A DNA stretch of 64,000 nt, from the NCBI GenBank assembly GCA_004764695.1, contig SMSO01000032.1, forward strand, positions 620,001-684,000, read 5' to 3'. Of this stretch, positions 1-14,056 are shown piece by piece. Every line of letters begins with the position of its first letter. Position 1 is the first letter of the stretch. A program made the position numbers and the translations under genes. The notes under the pieces were generated by a model, which saw nothing but the letters and a program-made list of their open reading frames with translations, was not told the origin of the DNA and ran no database searches. This stretch comes from Schizochytrium sp. TIO01 (Eukaryota; Protista; Bigyra: Labyrinthulomycetes).

Positions 1-3000
1 CGTACATTTTGAGCTTGACAAGAAATGACATATGTCAATAGAAGATTTAAAATTAAATGCAAATACGAACATATATATATATATATATCAAACTGCAATC
101 TTTCCCCATCAGTGAATAAGTTGCTGTTTTGTTTTTTTGGTGAAGAAGAAAGAACTAGCGTTCGTCTGTTAGCAAAGGACATTGGATCCTTGCAAAATTT
201 GACCAGCCATTTCATAGAACCTAATCACACGTCTCTGTTATGATGTATCGGTAGAGGGGAATTCAATATCTTGTAGATCTTTTTCTTTCATCATTGGATA
301 AGAGTAATACAAAATCTTTGCACAGCATCATATGCACTCAGCGACCGGCGTTTTGACCGAGATTTGCCTTGACAATCTTCAAGGGAGGTTCATTTTCCGT
401 GGCCAGTTGACCTGCTAGCACAGCCATATCTACGCCAAAACCTCTAATACGACCGCGAACCCCATTCTCGGTTGTAGCGTCAGCAGCTCTCGTCTTCGAT
501 CTGGGCCCTTTCGACCTTTCTTTCCGTCACCATTCTGCCATACTACTATTATCTGCTACTCATGCTAGCTCAACCGCTCATGTATTGGTTGTGATGTGTG
601 TGCTGGCGTCACGTGCACGGATCCAACATGATCAAACAAAATAGTGTTGCTGAAACGAACCCTTACCAAGTTCTAGTAGGTACCTACCTACCTACTCTTA
701 CCTACCTACACTCACTAACGGCAGCAATGTCATAACTCTATTCATGATTCCTGTATTTCCAAAGCTGTCATGTAACCGCGATTTCCCCTACAGGTGCTGT
801 TTTGCTCAGCCGACGAAGCGTCCTCACCCTCCATCTATGTTGTCGTTGCTGCTGTTGTTTGATCGCGTTACTAGTCTGCGTCGCCGTCTAGAAACAGTAT
901 CTTTGAAAGGGAAAGATACTGCTACGGTGTGTGCCACCACGAAAGTTGGTAATCTGGAGTCTGCATCAGAGAAATCACTCAAGCTAAACTTAACGCTTCC
1001 TAGGCTGGCTAGCAAGGACAAACTGGAAGAGGATCATGTATGATGGACTTTTGGAGTCATGATACTGACATTGGAGAGCAAAGGAGGAAAAGGCGCAGCA
1101 GCACAGCAATAGTGATGACGACACAAAACAGGTTTCGAAGAAGGTCAGATCAAGTCGTACGTACAATTTGCATAAGAAGAGCTTACACCTGGATTGGGGG
1201 GTAGTCGAGAGATGGAAAAGTGATGGATGCTCTGGGACATGTCAAGCTGTCTTAACTTGACGTGCCCAATGCATGAAGAAGGTATCCTCAGTTCTGAAGC
1301 GTGCTCAGAGGACATTACAAAGCATCGCGAAATTAAGGACCATAGTTGGATACAGTTAGCCTGAGTGCTGGTTAAATAAGAGATAGCCTCGAAAGCCAAG
1401 CTTTGGGGGCATTATTAACCATAAATAGAACATAGTTAAAATGCCAATTCGACAATTAAACCAATAAAATTTTGCTTACCGAGTGTCAAGCAATTGGGCG
1501 ACGTTGTTCGCCGCAAATCCTGAAGCATTCAATTCTCAAAGTTTATAATTTTGTTAGAGTATTTGAAGTATGCAAGGAAGACCCTGTCTATGATGAAAGG
1601 CTTTGTAATTGTAACTAGAACGAGGTCAAGGTGGGTCAAGAAAGCGAGTTCCTTTGAAGGGCTGGAAATTGGACCTGTGCAACATGCTGTCAGACAGTGT
1701 CGTGCGTTGTCAAAAGACCGAGAGTGCAGATTTGAGCACCACAGCAGATGGAAACTGACGAGAACAACATAAGTAGGTACTTAGAATACCCATCGCTGTA
1801 AAAGAATGTATTGTAAAAAAAAAGAAGTCATCGTCCTGTAAACGCAATGCGTTCACAACTTCCTTCAATATTTTATGTAATGTGTAGAATTTCAACATGG
1901 TTCAAAGGGGATAATATCCTCTGCCACATTCGAGCATGTGAAGAAAACAAGGCAAGTTTTTGATTGAAAGAACAGATGCTTAGTTGGGTCGCGTAGAGAC
2001 CCTAGGTATTAGGAATTTTGTTCAAAATTTTCACTAGCTCAAGTTCTTTAAAATCAGGTGCAGCATCTTCCTAGTCTTCCAGATTCGCACAAAAAAGCTT
2101 TCGTTTGTAGCCTGAGAAAAATACTTATACCTTTCCGTTCCGACTATATTCATTTATGCAATGTGACAGCCAAAACGGCAACCGCCATAAGTGCAAACAG
2201 GTTTTTGTCAGAGCGAATGGCCAATTTGGAGCGGTTACCTACCCTAAACAATAATGTCACTGTTCTTTTTCATAAAAGGGCAGACAACCATGAGAAGTAC
2301 GGCACACGGCGTTCTTCTCTCTGCTTCGCATACGGCGTCCCTTTCACCCGCTTCTGAGCAGCACATGTCCCAAAGAAAGAAAAGAAATCTCCAAGAAAGC
2401 TCACAGCTTTATGAAAAAAAAAAAAAAAAAACCAAAAAAAAAAAAAACTTGAAGAAATGAAAACATGTTAGAAGCGAGAATTCCTGCGCGGTGTTCTTTT
2501 TGAGGAGGCTAAGAAACTTTTTGAGGTGTAAGAAATTGCTGCGCTCTACGCATTTGATTTTATTTTTTCAAGTACTTGCACCATACATGGTACTAACTTC
2601 AGGTTCTTTCCAACAAAACAAAAACGCCAAGAACCAGGCCTCCATCTTTTCGTAACCAAAGTAAACAAAACACACCCAGTGCTACTGTACAACCATAAAA
2701 TATAACTTAGGTACATCATTTTTTTTTCCCTTCAACATATTTCAACATACTATCATATATATAAGTATTAAAAAAAAAAAATTAAGTTCTCAAATAAATA
2801 AAATAATAAGCTAGCTATCAGAAAGAAAAAAATACTTAAAACTCTTTGTTCAACGGCGAAAGATGGATCGCCACCGAGTCCAAAAGCCACATCGACGGGT
2901 ATTTTTTTCGAATTCCAATTCCATTTTGAACTCCTATCGGCCCATACTCACTCACTGGAGCGGGGTCCTTTGCTTCACCTTTTCTTCATTCGGAGCGTCT

Positions 3001-3085
3001 CTGGCCAGCCATTCCATTTGCTTATCCATCCGCCTGCCCATCGACGCATTCATTGGCTCGGCTGCCTTGGCTGCTCAGGTAGAGA

Positions 3086-3087
<2 letters not shown>

Positions 3088-3121
<34 letters not shown>
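3088..3121. repeat. (GCTT)n tetranucleotide microsatellite
   Basis: gcttgcttgctt... about 8 units read directly. Confidence 0.95.
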
Positions 3122-3122
<1 letters not shown>

Positions 3123-3968
3123 CTCCAGTGCTGGCTGGACTCGAGATGAATGATTCGAGCCGCAGCGTCGTCGAGACAAATCCTTGGCAAAATCAACTTC
3201 GAAATGAGGTGGAGGGAGGTGCTGGTGCTAGCGCTCGCTGGTCGAGGAGGTTTCCGTTGTCGCTCTCGCCGTTGAAATTGCTTGCGGAGGTCACTCGCTG
3301 AGGCATTCGGGAGACGTGGAATGCCGTGCCGTCGTTTCGTGGCGAGCTCGCCACTGCCGCTTAGGGTCTGAAGGTTCGAAGGTCTCACCGTGCTCGAATG
3401 CTCAAGAGCTCAAATGCCACCGCTGGGCGTTTTTGAAGACGCACGGGAGTGCAGTTCATGTCAGCCTTCGTGCAGGATCGAACTTGAAGAATTCATTCAA
3501 ATTCCACGGAGGCCGACGAGGAGGATAGCTCAAATCAAGCCAGCCAGCTTGAAGACCGCTCTCGTGCTCTCCATCGCGAGGGCCTACGTACCCGCTTGAC
3601 TCTCTCGCTTCTTTCTCGTCTCGCAAGCCCCCGAGCTCTCGCCTGGTCTTGATCTTCAGGAGAGCGAGATTCACCTCCGCTTTGTGCGCCAGGCTTTGCG
3701 GGGGTTGACTGGCCCTGTGGACAATCCATGCAGGCAGCTCTTTGCCGGCAGGCAGGCCAATCTGCTGCGCCCGAGCTCATCAGCTTATGCTGCTGGCATC
3801 CCGAGGATGATCCGCATCGCACGATTTGTGAATTTGCGTGAAAGCGAGTCCAAGCCGCTTGCTGATCCACCATTCTGGTGTGGCCATCCATCCATTCATT
3901 CATTCCTTCATTCATTCATTCGTTCAATCATCCATGAATCAATCATGAGAACCAGAGGCCATCCAGCC

Positions 3969-3995
3969 ATCGATTGATCGATCGATCGATCGATC
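3969..3995. repeat. (GATC)n self-complementary microsatellite
   Basis: atcgattgatcgatcgatcgatcgatcg. Confidence 0.9.
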
Positions 3996-4258
3996 GGGCA
4001 GAGCTGATCCCAGGAATCCCTGTGCAGATTTGCTGCGAGCCTGATCGGCCTGGGCCCTCGGGCGTCTTCTTCTCAAGGCCACCACGAGCCGATCAAAGCT
4101 GCCAGTAACTCTCTCGCTCGCTAGCTAGTTAGCTGGCTTCCTCGCTCGCGTTGGCGATTGAGCTTTCGTCGATCGTAAGACCACAACGGCGTGAATCATT
4201 AATTTCATCGCCGCATTTCGCGAACCTTAGCCGCCGCGATTCATTCCTGGGCACAGGG

Positions 4259-4278
4259 AGCTAGCTAGCTAGCTAGCT
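4259..4278. repeat. (AGCT)n self-complementary microsatellite
   Basis: agctagctagctagctagct. Confidence 0.9.
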
Positions 4279-4713
4279 ATAGCAAGGAGGCTGGTCTTCT
4301 AAGTACAGACTGTTTGTTCACAGGCAAAGCGGAATAGCACGAATACAGCTGCGAAACCGTGGCACAGAAACCAGAGCGGACTAGGGCTTTGGCGAGCGCA
4401 GGAGTCAGTCACCCATCGCCAATCCAGGTCGTTGGACCCCGTTCAATTCTTCAACCAACTTGCCTCCAGAGGTGGACAGATAGATAGATAGACAGACATC
4501 GTGGTATCAATCATATCATGACTTACACCTCTGCCAAAGCACCCCTAGCTTCTCGCGCTTCTTCTGCCTCGCTCAGAATCCCCACAGTGAACTTCCAGCC
4601 AAGAGCAAGCAGCTTTCGCGGGTACGTTCTACCCACCCACAACGCATCATTCATTCCCTCGCGGCCGCAGCTCCGCGCGCAGAAGCTGCTCCAAGCTATT
4701 CCCACTCTCTCTG

Positions 4714-4750
4714 GCTGCTTCGAGCTGCTTCGAGCTGCTTCGAGCTGCTT
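4714..4750. repeat. 10-bp tandem repeat (GCTGCTTCGA) x~3.5
   Basis: gctgcttcgagctgcttcgagctgcttcgagctgctt. Confidence 0.9.
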
Positions 4751-5940
4751 ACAGCTGCTCTCAGCTTCCACACTACCACAGTGGGCCGTCCAAAACTCGA
4801 CAGCTGCGGCCTCGCTCGAGCCCCGGAGCTAACGCCCACCTAGGACCGCGCCTAGCTCGCGGTGCGCCGGCGGAGCCGCGCGGAAAAAGCAGTGCGGGGG
4901 ATTAAGAAAAAGAAGTACGTAAGTAGTTCGTAGCTATCGAGTGCGGGAACAACAAAGCGGCGTATGTATGTATGTATGTATTTACGATTGCCCAGGTTGG
5001 TTTTCCTGGTGCGTTGTCGGTCAAAGTCGTAGACTGCAATGGATGCACCGTCTGCCGCCTGCTTTCGGATTGGACCCCCACCGCGAATTCCAAGCGTGCC
5101 AAAGGGCTTCTCGAGGCTGCTTATTGGTCGCAGTTCAACTTCGTGTGAGCGCTTTCTTTTTCCCTCGTTCTTTGTTTCCCTGTGTTCTGTTTGTGGTGTT
5201 TCGAGATGGCTATAGAGAACAATGAGAACATATGTTATGTCGTTCCATTCTTTTATTATTATTTGAATTTTGAAATATAAAGTTTTTCTTTTTTCTTTCC
5301 AAATGAAATAATAATAATATTTTTTTTTTTAAAAAAAAAATAATAATTATAATTTGAATTTTTTAAATATGTTATTGTTCTTTTATTCGTATTGACGCGC
5401 ATGTGCCATTCAAAATACTTCTAAAACATTTTGAATTTTAAATTATTTTAGTGAGTGGGCTTTTAATCAAAAATACAAAGAACAGAGAGAACATTTGAAA
5501 ATAAAAAGGCGTTCCTTTCAATCGTTCTTTCTCCTTCATTCTGCTCGTTCTGGTCGGACCCCTCTTTTCTTCACAAAGGTGAGGGACTGACTGACTCACC
5601 AAGCTGATGTGATGGGTCTCTTCACCGTCAATCCGCTCATCCCAGTCTATTCCAGCTTGTCATTCTTCCCTGCTTCCACAATTCATTTCTGCCTCAGCGC
5701 ATATGACGATCATGACGGTCCTGTCATCTCGGCTCTTGATTTTTCCCAGAGGATGATCGAGAATCAATTGCCTCTAGAGATAGATAGCCTAGCTAGCTGC
5801 TGCCTAGCTAGACTACCAAGCAAGCACCTCATCATCAGATGGGACCTACCTGCCGGTACTGCATCGAGGGACCTTCGTAATAGAGAGAGAGATGGCGGAA
5901 TGACCAGGCGCCGCCGATTCACAGATGATCACTGTTGACA

Positions 5941-5967
5941 TGAGTGAGTGAGTGAGTGAGTGAGTGA
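5941..5967. repeat. (GAGT)n microsatellite
   Basis: tgagtgagtgagtgagtgagtgagtga. Confidence 0.95.
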
Positions 5968-6570
5968 GGGTCATGGAAATTGAAATTACCGCACAGCAGC
6001 TGCAACAGCAAAGTTCCCAGCTCGTCCCTCTTCGACCAAACCAAGCAGAGGTCCCCTGAGTTGTGCGTGGCCTTCATGGCCTTCTCCTTTCTGGCCTGCG
6101 ACCAGCATCTTTCGCACGTGCTGGGTGGAGCTGCGAGATGATCGAGTGGGCGGGTTCGAGAGAGCATTCGATCTCAGCTCTTCGAGGCCGCCTTCGGTTT
6201 CCAAGCTTTGTTAGTTGGTTTCCGTTTCTCCACATTGGGTTCTGACGAGTCGGCGCTCTTTGCCGGATCTGGATTCCTCCTTCACGAGAGCTGCTGTCTT
6301 CAGGCCTGAATGGACCCGGGCCCAAGTCGCCTTTTCAAACTGGTCCTCGCGCCGATACGCGTGCGAATCCACCACGATGACGGACGCACAGACCGACAGC
6401 GTCGGCTCAGGTTGAATGAATGAAACCTCCTCGCTTCAGCTCCTGTGCATGTCAGACCCAGTCAATGGCCGCCTCAGCCGATTGATTCATCGATCCACCG
6501 CTCCATCGGCAGATAGAGATGGTCCCCGTTTTGCAAGCCGCTTTTCAAGCCGCTCTTGGCCGTCGTGGTC

Positions 6571-6659
6571 TGTCTTTTCAAGGTCATGTCTTCTCAAGAT
6601 TTCAAGACCATGTCTTTTCAAGGTTTCAAGACTATGTCTTTTCAAGACCATGTCTTTTC
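6571..6659. repeat. Minisatellite built from TGTCTTTTCAAG(G/A)(T/C)CA units with 16/24-bp spacing
   Basis: five TGTCTT(T/C)TC cores with intervening TTTCAAGAC(C/T)A segments. Confidence 0.85.
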
Positions 6660-9403
6660 GGGTTCCTGGGAATCAATCTCTGGCCGCCGTTCGATTCGGG
6701 CCTCCACATTGCCGCGGTAAGCTGAGAGCGTCTGCTTAAGAAGAGGTCTGCTCAGCAGGTAGGTAAGAGGGTACCTCGATTTCACTCAGACCGCCCCTGT
6801 TTCCTATCTTTGGGTCCGCTCAAGAGCCGCTGAAGTGGCATACCGAAGAGATGAGACGAACTTCTCTGAGAACCCGAGTTTAAAATTAGAAATAGGAAAA
6901 AATATGATTTTAACTCAGTACCACTCGTAAGAGTGGATAACTAACTGACTAACTAACTAAATAAGTAAATGTACGTACATACATACATACATACATACCT
7001 ACTGCAAAGGTGGGATGACGAGCGACGAGTCGAACCTGAAACGTCTCGGCGGCCTTCCGTCAGTTCTAAAAACCAAAGCTGCGAGATGAAATTGGACCTG
7101 GGAGGGACGCCTCAGTCGGCGCCAGGCGAGCTGCGCTCTCACTCTCTTTGCGAGCTTCAACTCGTAAGCCTTTTTACACTGCAATGCACTGCGCCAATAG
7201 TCCCCTGCAAGTGCTTTCTTTCTACCCTTTGCGGCGTCAAAATTCACTCTAAAGTAGAGCAGAGCACCGTACCTACCTACTACCTAGATACCTCTAGCTA
7301 GCGATAACTAGGTCTTCGGAGATTTCACAATCTCAGCGTCATCAGACCGCCTCTACCATGCGCTAGTGTTCAGCTAGGAGGTGCCTAGGAGTAGGCTTTC
7401 ATCATGTGTCATTAGGGGGTTTGAAGGGGCGGACTCTCGTTTTCGAGGCATAGGTTACGCAAAACGGAACGGAAGAGATAAGAGCTTGAAGTCAGGCTTC
7501 AAGTTTGCTTGGCGTGGCGACACATCCGTTTTCTTTCCGCTCACTTGTTCTCGTCTACGCTTCGATCTTTGACGAATTACACGATTGAACATCCTCAGAG
7601 ACCAAAGGGCTAATAAGTCAGACAGTCGGCCTATCTCGTCGTCTTCGTGGGTTTCGTCGTACCTGGTAAAGGCTTGGGTTCTTTGCTGGAAAGCTTCACA
7701 GCGCCGTTCTCGAGACAGCAAATGCCAACGAAGAGGAATAAGCTTCGAAGAGCAAGCTCATGTGTTGGACCTCACCCATAATTTGAGTGGGCATTTCTAA
7801 AACGGAGAGGCGGAATCTAAATTTGTTCAGTTCGGCTATTCGATGACGCAGAGTGAAATTTGTGATTCTGTATGCAAAAACCATGTTTTATTCTTCAAGC
7901 TGGCGACCTTTGCGATGCTCTTTCAGCCGATAGTGGACATCGCATATGTATGTAGGTAGGCAGGTACAACTTGCTCATAGACGTTCGTGCCAGGCAAGAA
8001 GTCAGAATTAGAATTATCTAGCCAGGTATGCATGCAGTGCAAAGATGAAGATCGCAAGAGTTTCTTTTAAATGTAAACGTGGAGTCGGCACTAGAGGCAG
8101 CAAAACAAAATCCTATCTCATGACGTATGATGACGACATGGGGCAGTCAGGATTTCAAGCAAGTTTGAAAATGCAGATGTGTTTGATTTTTCTTTCATTA
8201 TTTTAATTATAAAAAGCACACATCAGCAGATCACGCCCTACTTTTTTTTTTAAGATCACGCAGGGCGGCGAATGCTGCTTGCTTTAAAACAAAAGTTCTT
8301 CCTTGAATAATTAATTCATCAGCCACGCTCGAGCTTGACAAGGTCGCAATTTGGACACGCACCTTCAGTTCTGCGAATTTTATATCCTATCATTTTTTAT
8401 TTTTATTTTTTATTTTTAAAATAAAGTTTAATTGAATTTAGTTTTTATATTTTTATTTTTAAAGAAGGAAAAAATTGGAAAAAGAAAAAAGGTTTGTGCT
8501 TTTTCCTATTTAATGTGTAAACTTGGAATTCGGGAAATGTTGACGAAGTGTTGGGAGAGCACGAAGAAGTACGAGTTATCTCTCTAGAAAAAAGGAGGCT
8601 TATAATGTCCTCATTCCGGTTTCCATTCGAAAGCACCTCAAGACTTGGCAGCTTGAACGTGCCACGGCAACTTTTAATTTTCCCAACAAGTCCTACCTAC
8701 CTGCCTACTGCAGTCCTCTGCTTTGGTTTCGATCTTGAGCACACGAGGTTCTGTCCTGTAGCGGCATACGCGGGGTTGAGTCGCGCGCATCGTAGCGCAC
8801 ACTACGCACCCACCCCTGGCGTTGCTTTCTTGAACATACGACACGTGAGACCTAAACAGACAGCTCACTTCGGCATTTTAGAGGCACTCACCCAGGTAAG
8901 GTGCACAGCACGTACGTACCTACTGCCATGATGCTGCATAGACAGACAACCGTGCAGCTTTGAATCAATTGAACCTCGCTCGAGCTAGAGACAGACAGAA
9001 GAAATTGAAATTGATACACAGTGCGCATCGCAACCGTGGTACACACCCTCGCTCGCAGGCTACTTCTCTGTTGCGGTGGGCCAGCTTACTTAGACATTTG
9101 AAAGAGTGGAGGGCTTTGCGAGTTCCCTCCGCGCGTGCAAGGCAATGAATAACGAGTGAAATGCCCTGCCTGGCTTGTTTTTAGTTTTCTTTCGAAGAAG
9201 ACTTGGAGTATGCAGAAGGACTTGAAGAGATTAGTTGCCTCCGACTCTCTCTCCAGAGCGTAGGTACGTGGAGCGAGAACGGCTTAAATACTTCTTACCC
9301 ACTGCCGTCTTCTGTGGTTCTCTAATACTGCCAAGGAGTCAATTTGGTTTCTTTTGGCACCGCTGTAACAATGCAATGTGCGACAGTCTTGGCTTGAGTT
9401 TTT

Positions 9404-9489
9404 ACCCAAGTTGCTCAAAGGTCATTTCAACCCAAGTGATTTGCATCCAACTTGCTACAAGGTCATTTCAACCCAAGTTGCTCAAAGGT
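9404..9489. repeat. ~26-bp imperfect tandem repeat CCCAAGTTGCTCAAAGGTCATTTCAA
   Basis: unit seen at 9404, a variant at ~9447 and a partial copy at 9472. Confidence 0.8.
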
Positions 9490-12400
9490 AAATTCACTCT
9501 GATTGATTAATGAGAGAGCCGCTGGAAGTTGCTGCAGAAGCTGGCGGACCCGCGCAAAAAGAAATCGCTCCTGACGACGGCTCCTTCCTCAAGATCGGCA
9601 TCCATAATTAACCACCAACGCATCGGTCCTCCACAGCCCGTGCTTTGGGAGTGCGCCGAAGCTTGGGCAAGCCTGATTTGCTGGCAGAGCATTTCTCATT
9701 CTCGCTCGCTCAGCCTATTTGGCCCAAGATTCTGACCCGACTCAGCCAAACAAACAAGCAAACAAAAGAGCAAAGATGGCGCCAAAGCCAAATCCAAACA
9801 AAGCTCTCTCGCCCTACTACTTAGCTTAGGTCCATAGTCAGAGGTAACGAGTTGAACGAAATCTTTTTGCTAAAATAATATCTGATTACCGAAAGGAAGG
9901 AGGCCATAGCTCTCCTACTACTACGGATGATACCGCCACTACCAAGTCCAAGTCCGCTACGGTGTCCTTGCTGACTTTGGCGGGCACGAACTAGTGATGA
10001 GGGAAAGAACCAAGAATTCGCGGATGCCGCTGCGCGCTCTTTTCTCCTTCTCTTCAAGTTCCTTCTTTCGCCAGCCACCTTCTTCTCTTTTTCAGATCCG
10101 AATTCTACACGTTCTGTTCTTTCATGCCGTTCTCCTTTTCCAACGCACCTCTGCCTGTTCTGTTCCACTTCAAAGTTAGCCCTGCATCGTATGTTTCCGT
10201 TCTGTTCTTTTACGAAACAAACTTTTGAAGTAAAGTACTCCAAGTTGAAATGGCCATCCAACATAGCTAGAGGCTCAAACAGTTTTCTTATTATTTATAG
10301 GCAAGCACTACCAACTTTTTCCAATTAAAAATAATGTATATATACACGAAAGAAAGAACACCTAGGAGTACCAGGCAGGGCCACTAGGCAGACCGACAGC
10401 AGGAACAAACAGAGAGAAAGGAGCGGGCAAAGAAAGGAACGAGCGAGAGAACGGCGGCTGTTCTGTTCTCCTGCGGCTTCTTCCGTCCAATTTTCCCACG
10501 CATACGCACGAAGATGACCTTCTCGCACTTGGCCTGTTTTGCTCGCACGGCACCAACTTCCCATCACCACCGCAGGGCTCGCACTGCTAGGCGGTCCTAG
10601 CTGCCTCCTAGCTGCGAGAAAGCAAGCGAGAAGGATCGAGCTCCAGTTCTTCGCTCTGGAGTTCTCCTCTCTAGAGCTCTTCTACTGCGCCTCTATGTAC
10701 TGCGTATAGGCGGACGGAAAGCGCCGCTGTGGCTGCTGCTTTCAGAACGGGCGTCCTCAGGCGGAGCGGGATCCTTCAGGCGCATCCATCGCGAAGAAGG
10801 CCGCGACCCTCCTCCCCTTTCCGCTTGTGGCCCAGGTTGGACTTGTCCGCGATAACGCAGCGAAGCGTCTGCGACATATTGAGGCGGAGGAGGAGGCCAG
10901 GATCTAAATCTAAGGAAAGAAGTTGGCCGCCGGCTGCTTTTCAAACCACCACCACCCAGCAGCAGCAGCAGCAGTAGAGGTGATGAATAAGACGATCATG
11001 GAGAGGCACGTTCGTGTGCTCCTTACTTCTTCAAACCTCTCTTTTTTAATTCATCTTTCAGGTAGTTCTTTCTTTTTGCATTCCTCCATTTCCATCGTTG
11101 CTGCGAACCTGAAGAAGAAGGTTGCCTTTTTGGCCTTGGAGCCTCGAGTTAGTTAGTTCTCTCAGACCGCGGCCCGTTTCCGTGTAATTTCTTTCTTCCA
11201 GGCCTGGCCACCGTGGTGTGTGCACGCCGTCGTCACCGCCTGAGGTGGCCCTAGAGTTATGGTTGGCGGGGTCCTACCGGGCGGTGCCGCCGAGGTTTTA
11301 AAGTTTCTGGACGGGGAGATCCTAGAGCAAGCCTACGCTCGCTGGTAGTACTTCTTTTTCGAAGTTTTGTTTCAACTATGAATGAATAAAAGGAGATCAT
11401 CGCAACTGATTTTTCTATTTTTAATTTTTTACTTTAATGTGTTCTATTTCAAATTTTATTTAAAATTAAATAAAAGCATTTTTTGTTTTTAATTATTTTT
11501 AATTAAGTGTGATAAATTATTTATTTTAATACATATTTTGAACAGAAGTGGCGTGTTCAAATTATTGACCGCTCACAATGAGCGAGCTTGTTTCTTTGTT
11601 TTTGAGGGAGTTTGAATTTGGAGCAGTGCCGGTCCGAAAGAGGTTTGGGTGAATGAAGACTTCTCGGGCTGTTTTGTTGATTGTGATTTGTATATATGGT
11701 ATTTATTGCTTTGTTTTATTTTGGTGAAAAAAAGACTTAGCTTGTTCTAAAATGGAGCGAGGAAAGTATTGTTCATCCCTTTTTTTTAAAACGCTTCTTT
11801 TAAAAATAAAATTTAAAAGTGATGTTTTTATTATTGCTCAAACCCCAAAGGTAAAAGAAAAAGAAAGAAAGAAGAACACGTCAAATGTGATGAAAAGAAC
11901 GATCGAAATCGTAGGTAGGTAGGTTTATTCAAACACTTTGAAAAAATGCAGATTCGCGCCTACTATACCCCTTCCAAATCGCAATTTGCATTGATTCATA
12001 GGGTATTATGAAAGTTAGAACCAGTATCAATGTCATCTGTCCCGGCTCGTCATCAGCTGAGATCCGCAACTCGGAACGTAAGCCCATGAAAAAATTTCTC
12101 GTTCGTTTTCCCATTCGTCGAAGGTGCATTTCACATCATAGGTAGGTACAGGTATAGATAGGTAGGTAGGTAGGTAGGCACATAGTAATTCCCTTCTACG
12201 TTCCAATAGGTAAGACCACTTCAGTTCTTCTTAGTAATACGGCATATGCGCAGTTTGTTCCTATATCTAGCTATATAGCTAGCTATCTGGAAAGCTCGAG
12301 CTCTCCGCTGCTTCGATGCGGATGCTGTGATGGTGCTCCTGAGGCAGCTTCTTCCCTGAGCTGTGATACGCCACGACTGCTGCCTGTGCCTGTGCCTGTG

Positions 12401-14009
12401 CCAGAGCCCTCTTCCCTTGTGCCTCGCATTGAGCGAAGTCCATCCTCGATTGAGACAGACCTCTCTGAGTTCCACTCTGCGCCCGAAGAACCCGTGAAGA
12501 TGCGACTCCTTCCCTTCTTAAAGTTGGACTTCTTCTGTGCCCGCGAACGGACCGCCATACTCTTTTCCCGGTCTCTCTGTCCTGTTGCTTTGCCATTGCC
12601 TGCCTCCTTACTGCTATTCCTCCTATCATTACTCGCTAGAGCTAGATAAAGATTATTTTTAAGCTACCACTAAAGAAAGTGCCCTCCTTAGCTCTTTCTT
12701 TATAATAAAACCAAACGGGCCTTCTTCCACCTACGGGAAAAGAGGAGGGAAGATTGAACCCGACTGATCTATTTTCCTCTCCCAAGAAGCCGTCACCTCT
12801 GATTTTTTTTTCTCTTTCTTTCTTCTTTCTTGGGCGGACTGCTGCTAGCACCCCGCTACGTGCTCGGCTACTCTTGCTTGCTCTGGCTGTTCTGTTCTCC
12901 GGCGCGTCGCGTGTTCCGTTTCGCCTCGCTTGCTTGCTTGCTTGCTTGACCTCAGATTGCGAAGCGCCGCCCTCACACAGCGCCGAAGCAGCGAATGCTG
13001 GTGCTGGCGTCTTTGCGAAGCTGCAGCACGAGCAGGACTGCGAGCTGGCAGATGGCCTCGCCTCCGCTTCCGCTGCCCGAATGCCGCAGCGAGCGAATCT
13101 TCTTTGGAGTCGAGCTCAACTCGCTCGATCTATCCATCTGCGCCTTTCTTGGCACCCTCGTTTAGCTGGCGACTCAGTCGGAAAGCGTGAGTACGTTTGT
13201 AGTTTCTGCGAGTTTGATTTCTGCGGAGTGAAGAGAAGCGAAGCAAAGCGGAGCAGAGCAGAGCAGAGACGGATCTAAACAGAGTCAAGAAACAAGCGAA
13301 GCAGGCGACCTGAAGAGGCGACTAACCAAGGCATGAGAGCGAACAAGCGTTTTCGTCAACAAGGCCACGCGCGTGGACCTCCGCTCAATCAATAACGGAG
13401 TGCCAAATAGAGGGGCGAAAAAACTTGTGCCTTGGCTGAACGAGCCGACCTCAAGATCATGATGACGATGAAGTTCGACTTCAGAGTCTCCTTCTTCGGT
13501 CCACGATGGTGTTCTTGCCGTTCTCTTTGCAGGTAGGAGGGCTGGCTAGGAAGTACTAGCCGCCGCATTTAGAGAACGAAGCGAGCTAGGAAGAAAATCG
13601 GAAAGTAACTAACTTTTTATTTACTTTTTTCCTTCTTTTCTTTTTTAAATTGAAACTTTGGGGGTGTTCTTCTCAATATTTGATTGATTGAAAAGTAAGA
13701 ACAAGAATAGAATAAAACAAAGCAAAACTAAATAAGAAAAGGCACGCAGATAATAAGCGCAGTATGTATGTATGTATGTATGTAATTCTTTTTTTTTTAA
13801 ACTTTGTATTGAAAATGCGAATAATCTGGCCTCTGGTCGTTTCGAAGTTTCCTCGCGGTGACTGGCGCGCTCTTGTGAAGTATGCCTCTTCGATCAGGTC
13901 TCAACGAATACCGATGCCTGGCGTCTTCGAGGAGACCAGCAACCCGACCTACCTTCGGTCCACAAGTCGCTCAGCAGTGCACGGCACAGTGGCAGACAGA
14001 CAAACAGTC

Positions 14010-14056
14010 AGTGAGTGAGTGAGTGAGTGAGTGAGTGAGTGAGTGAGTGAGTGAGT
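14010..14056. repeat. (GAGT)n microsatellite
   Basis: about 11-12 units of gtga/gagt. Confidence 0.95.

Noticed and set aside
150-1400. Coding-like fragments (e.g. minus strand GVRGRIRGFGVDMAVLAGQLATENEPPLKIVK at ~340-525; ORFs 744-1043, 1145-1399)
   Set aside because: Interrupted by stops with no recognisable domain; may be decayed gene/TE remnants but cannot be supported without a homology search.
6571-9489. Short direct-repeat clusters considered as CRISPR-like arrays
   Set aside because: Only 3-5 degenerate adjacent units, no unique constant-length spacers, no cas genes, eukaryotic context.
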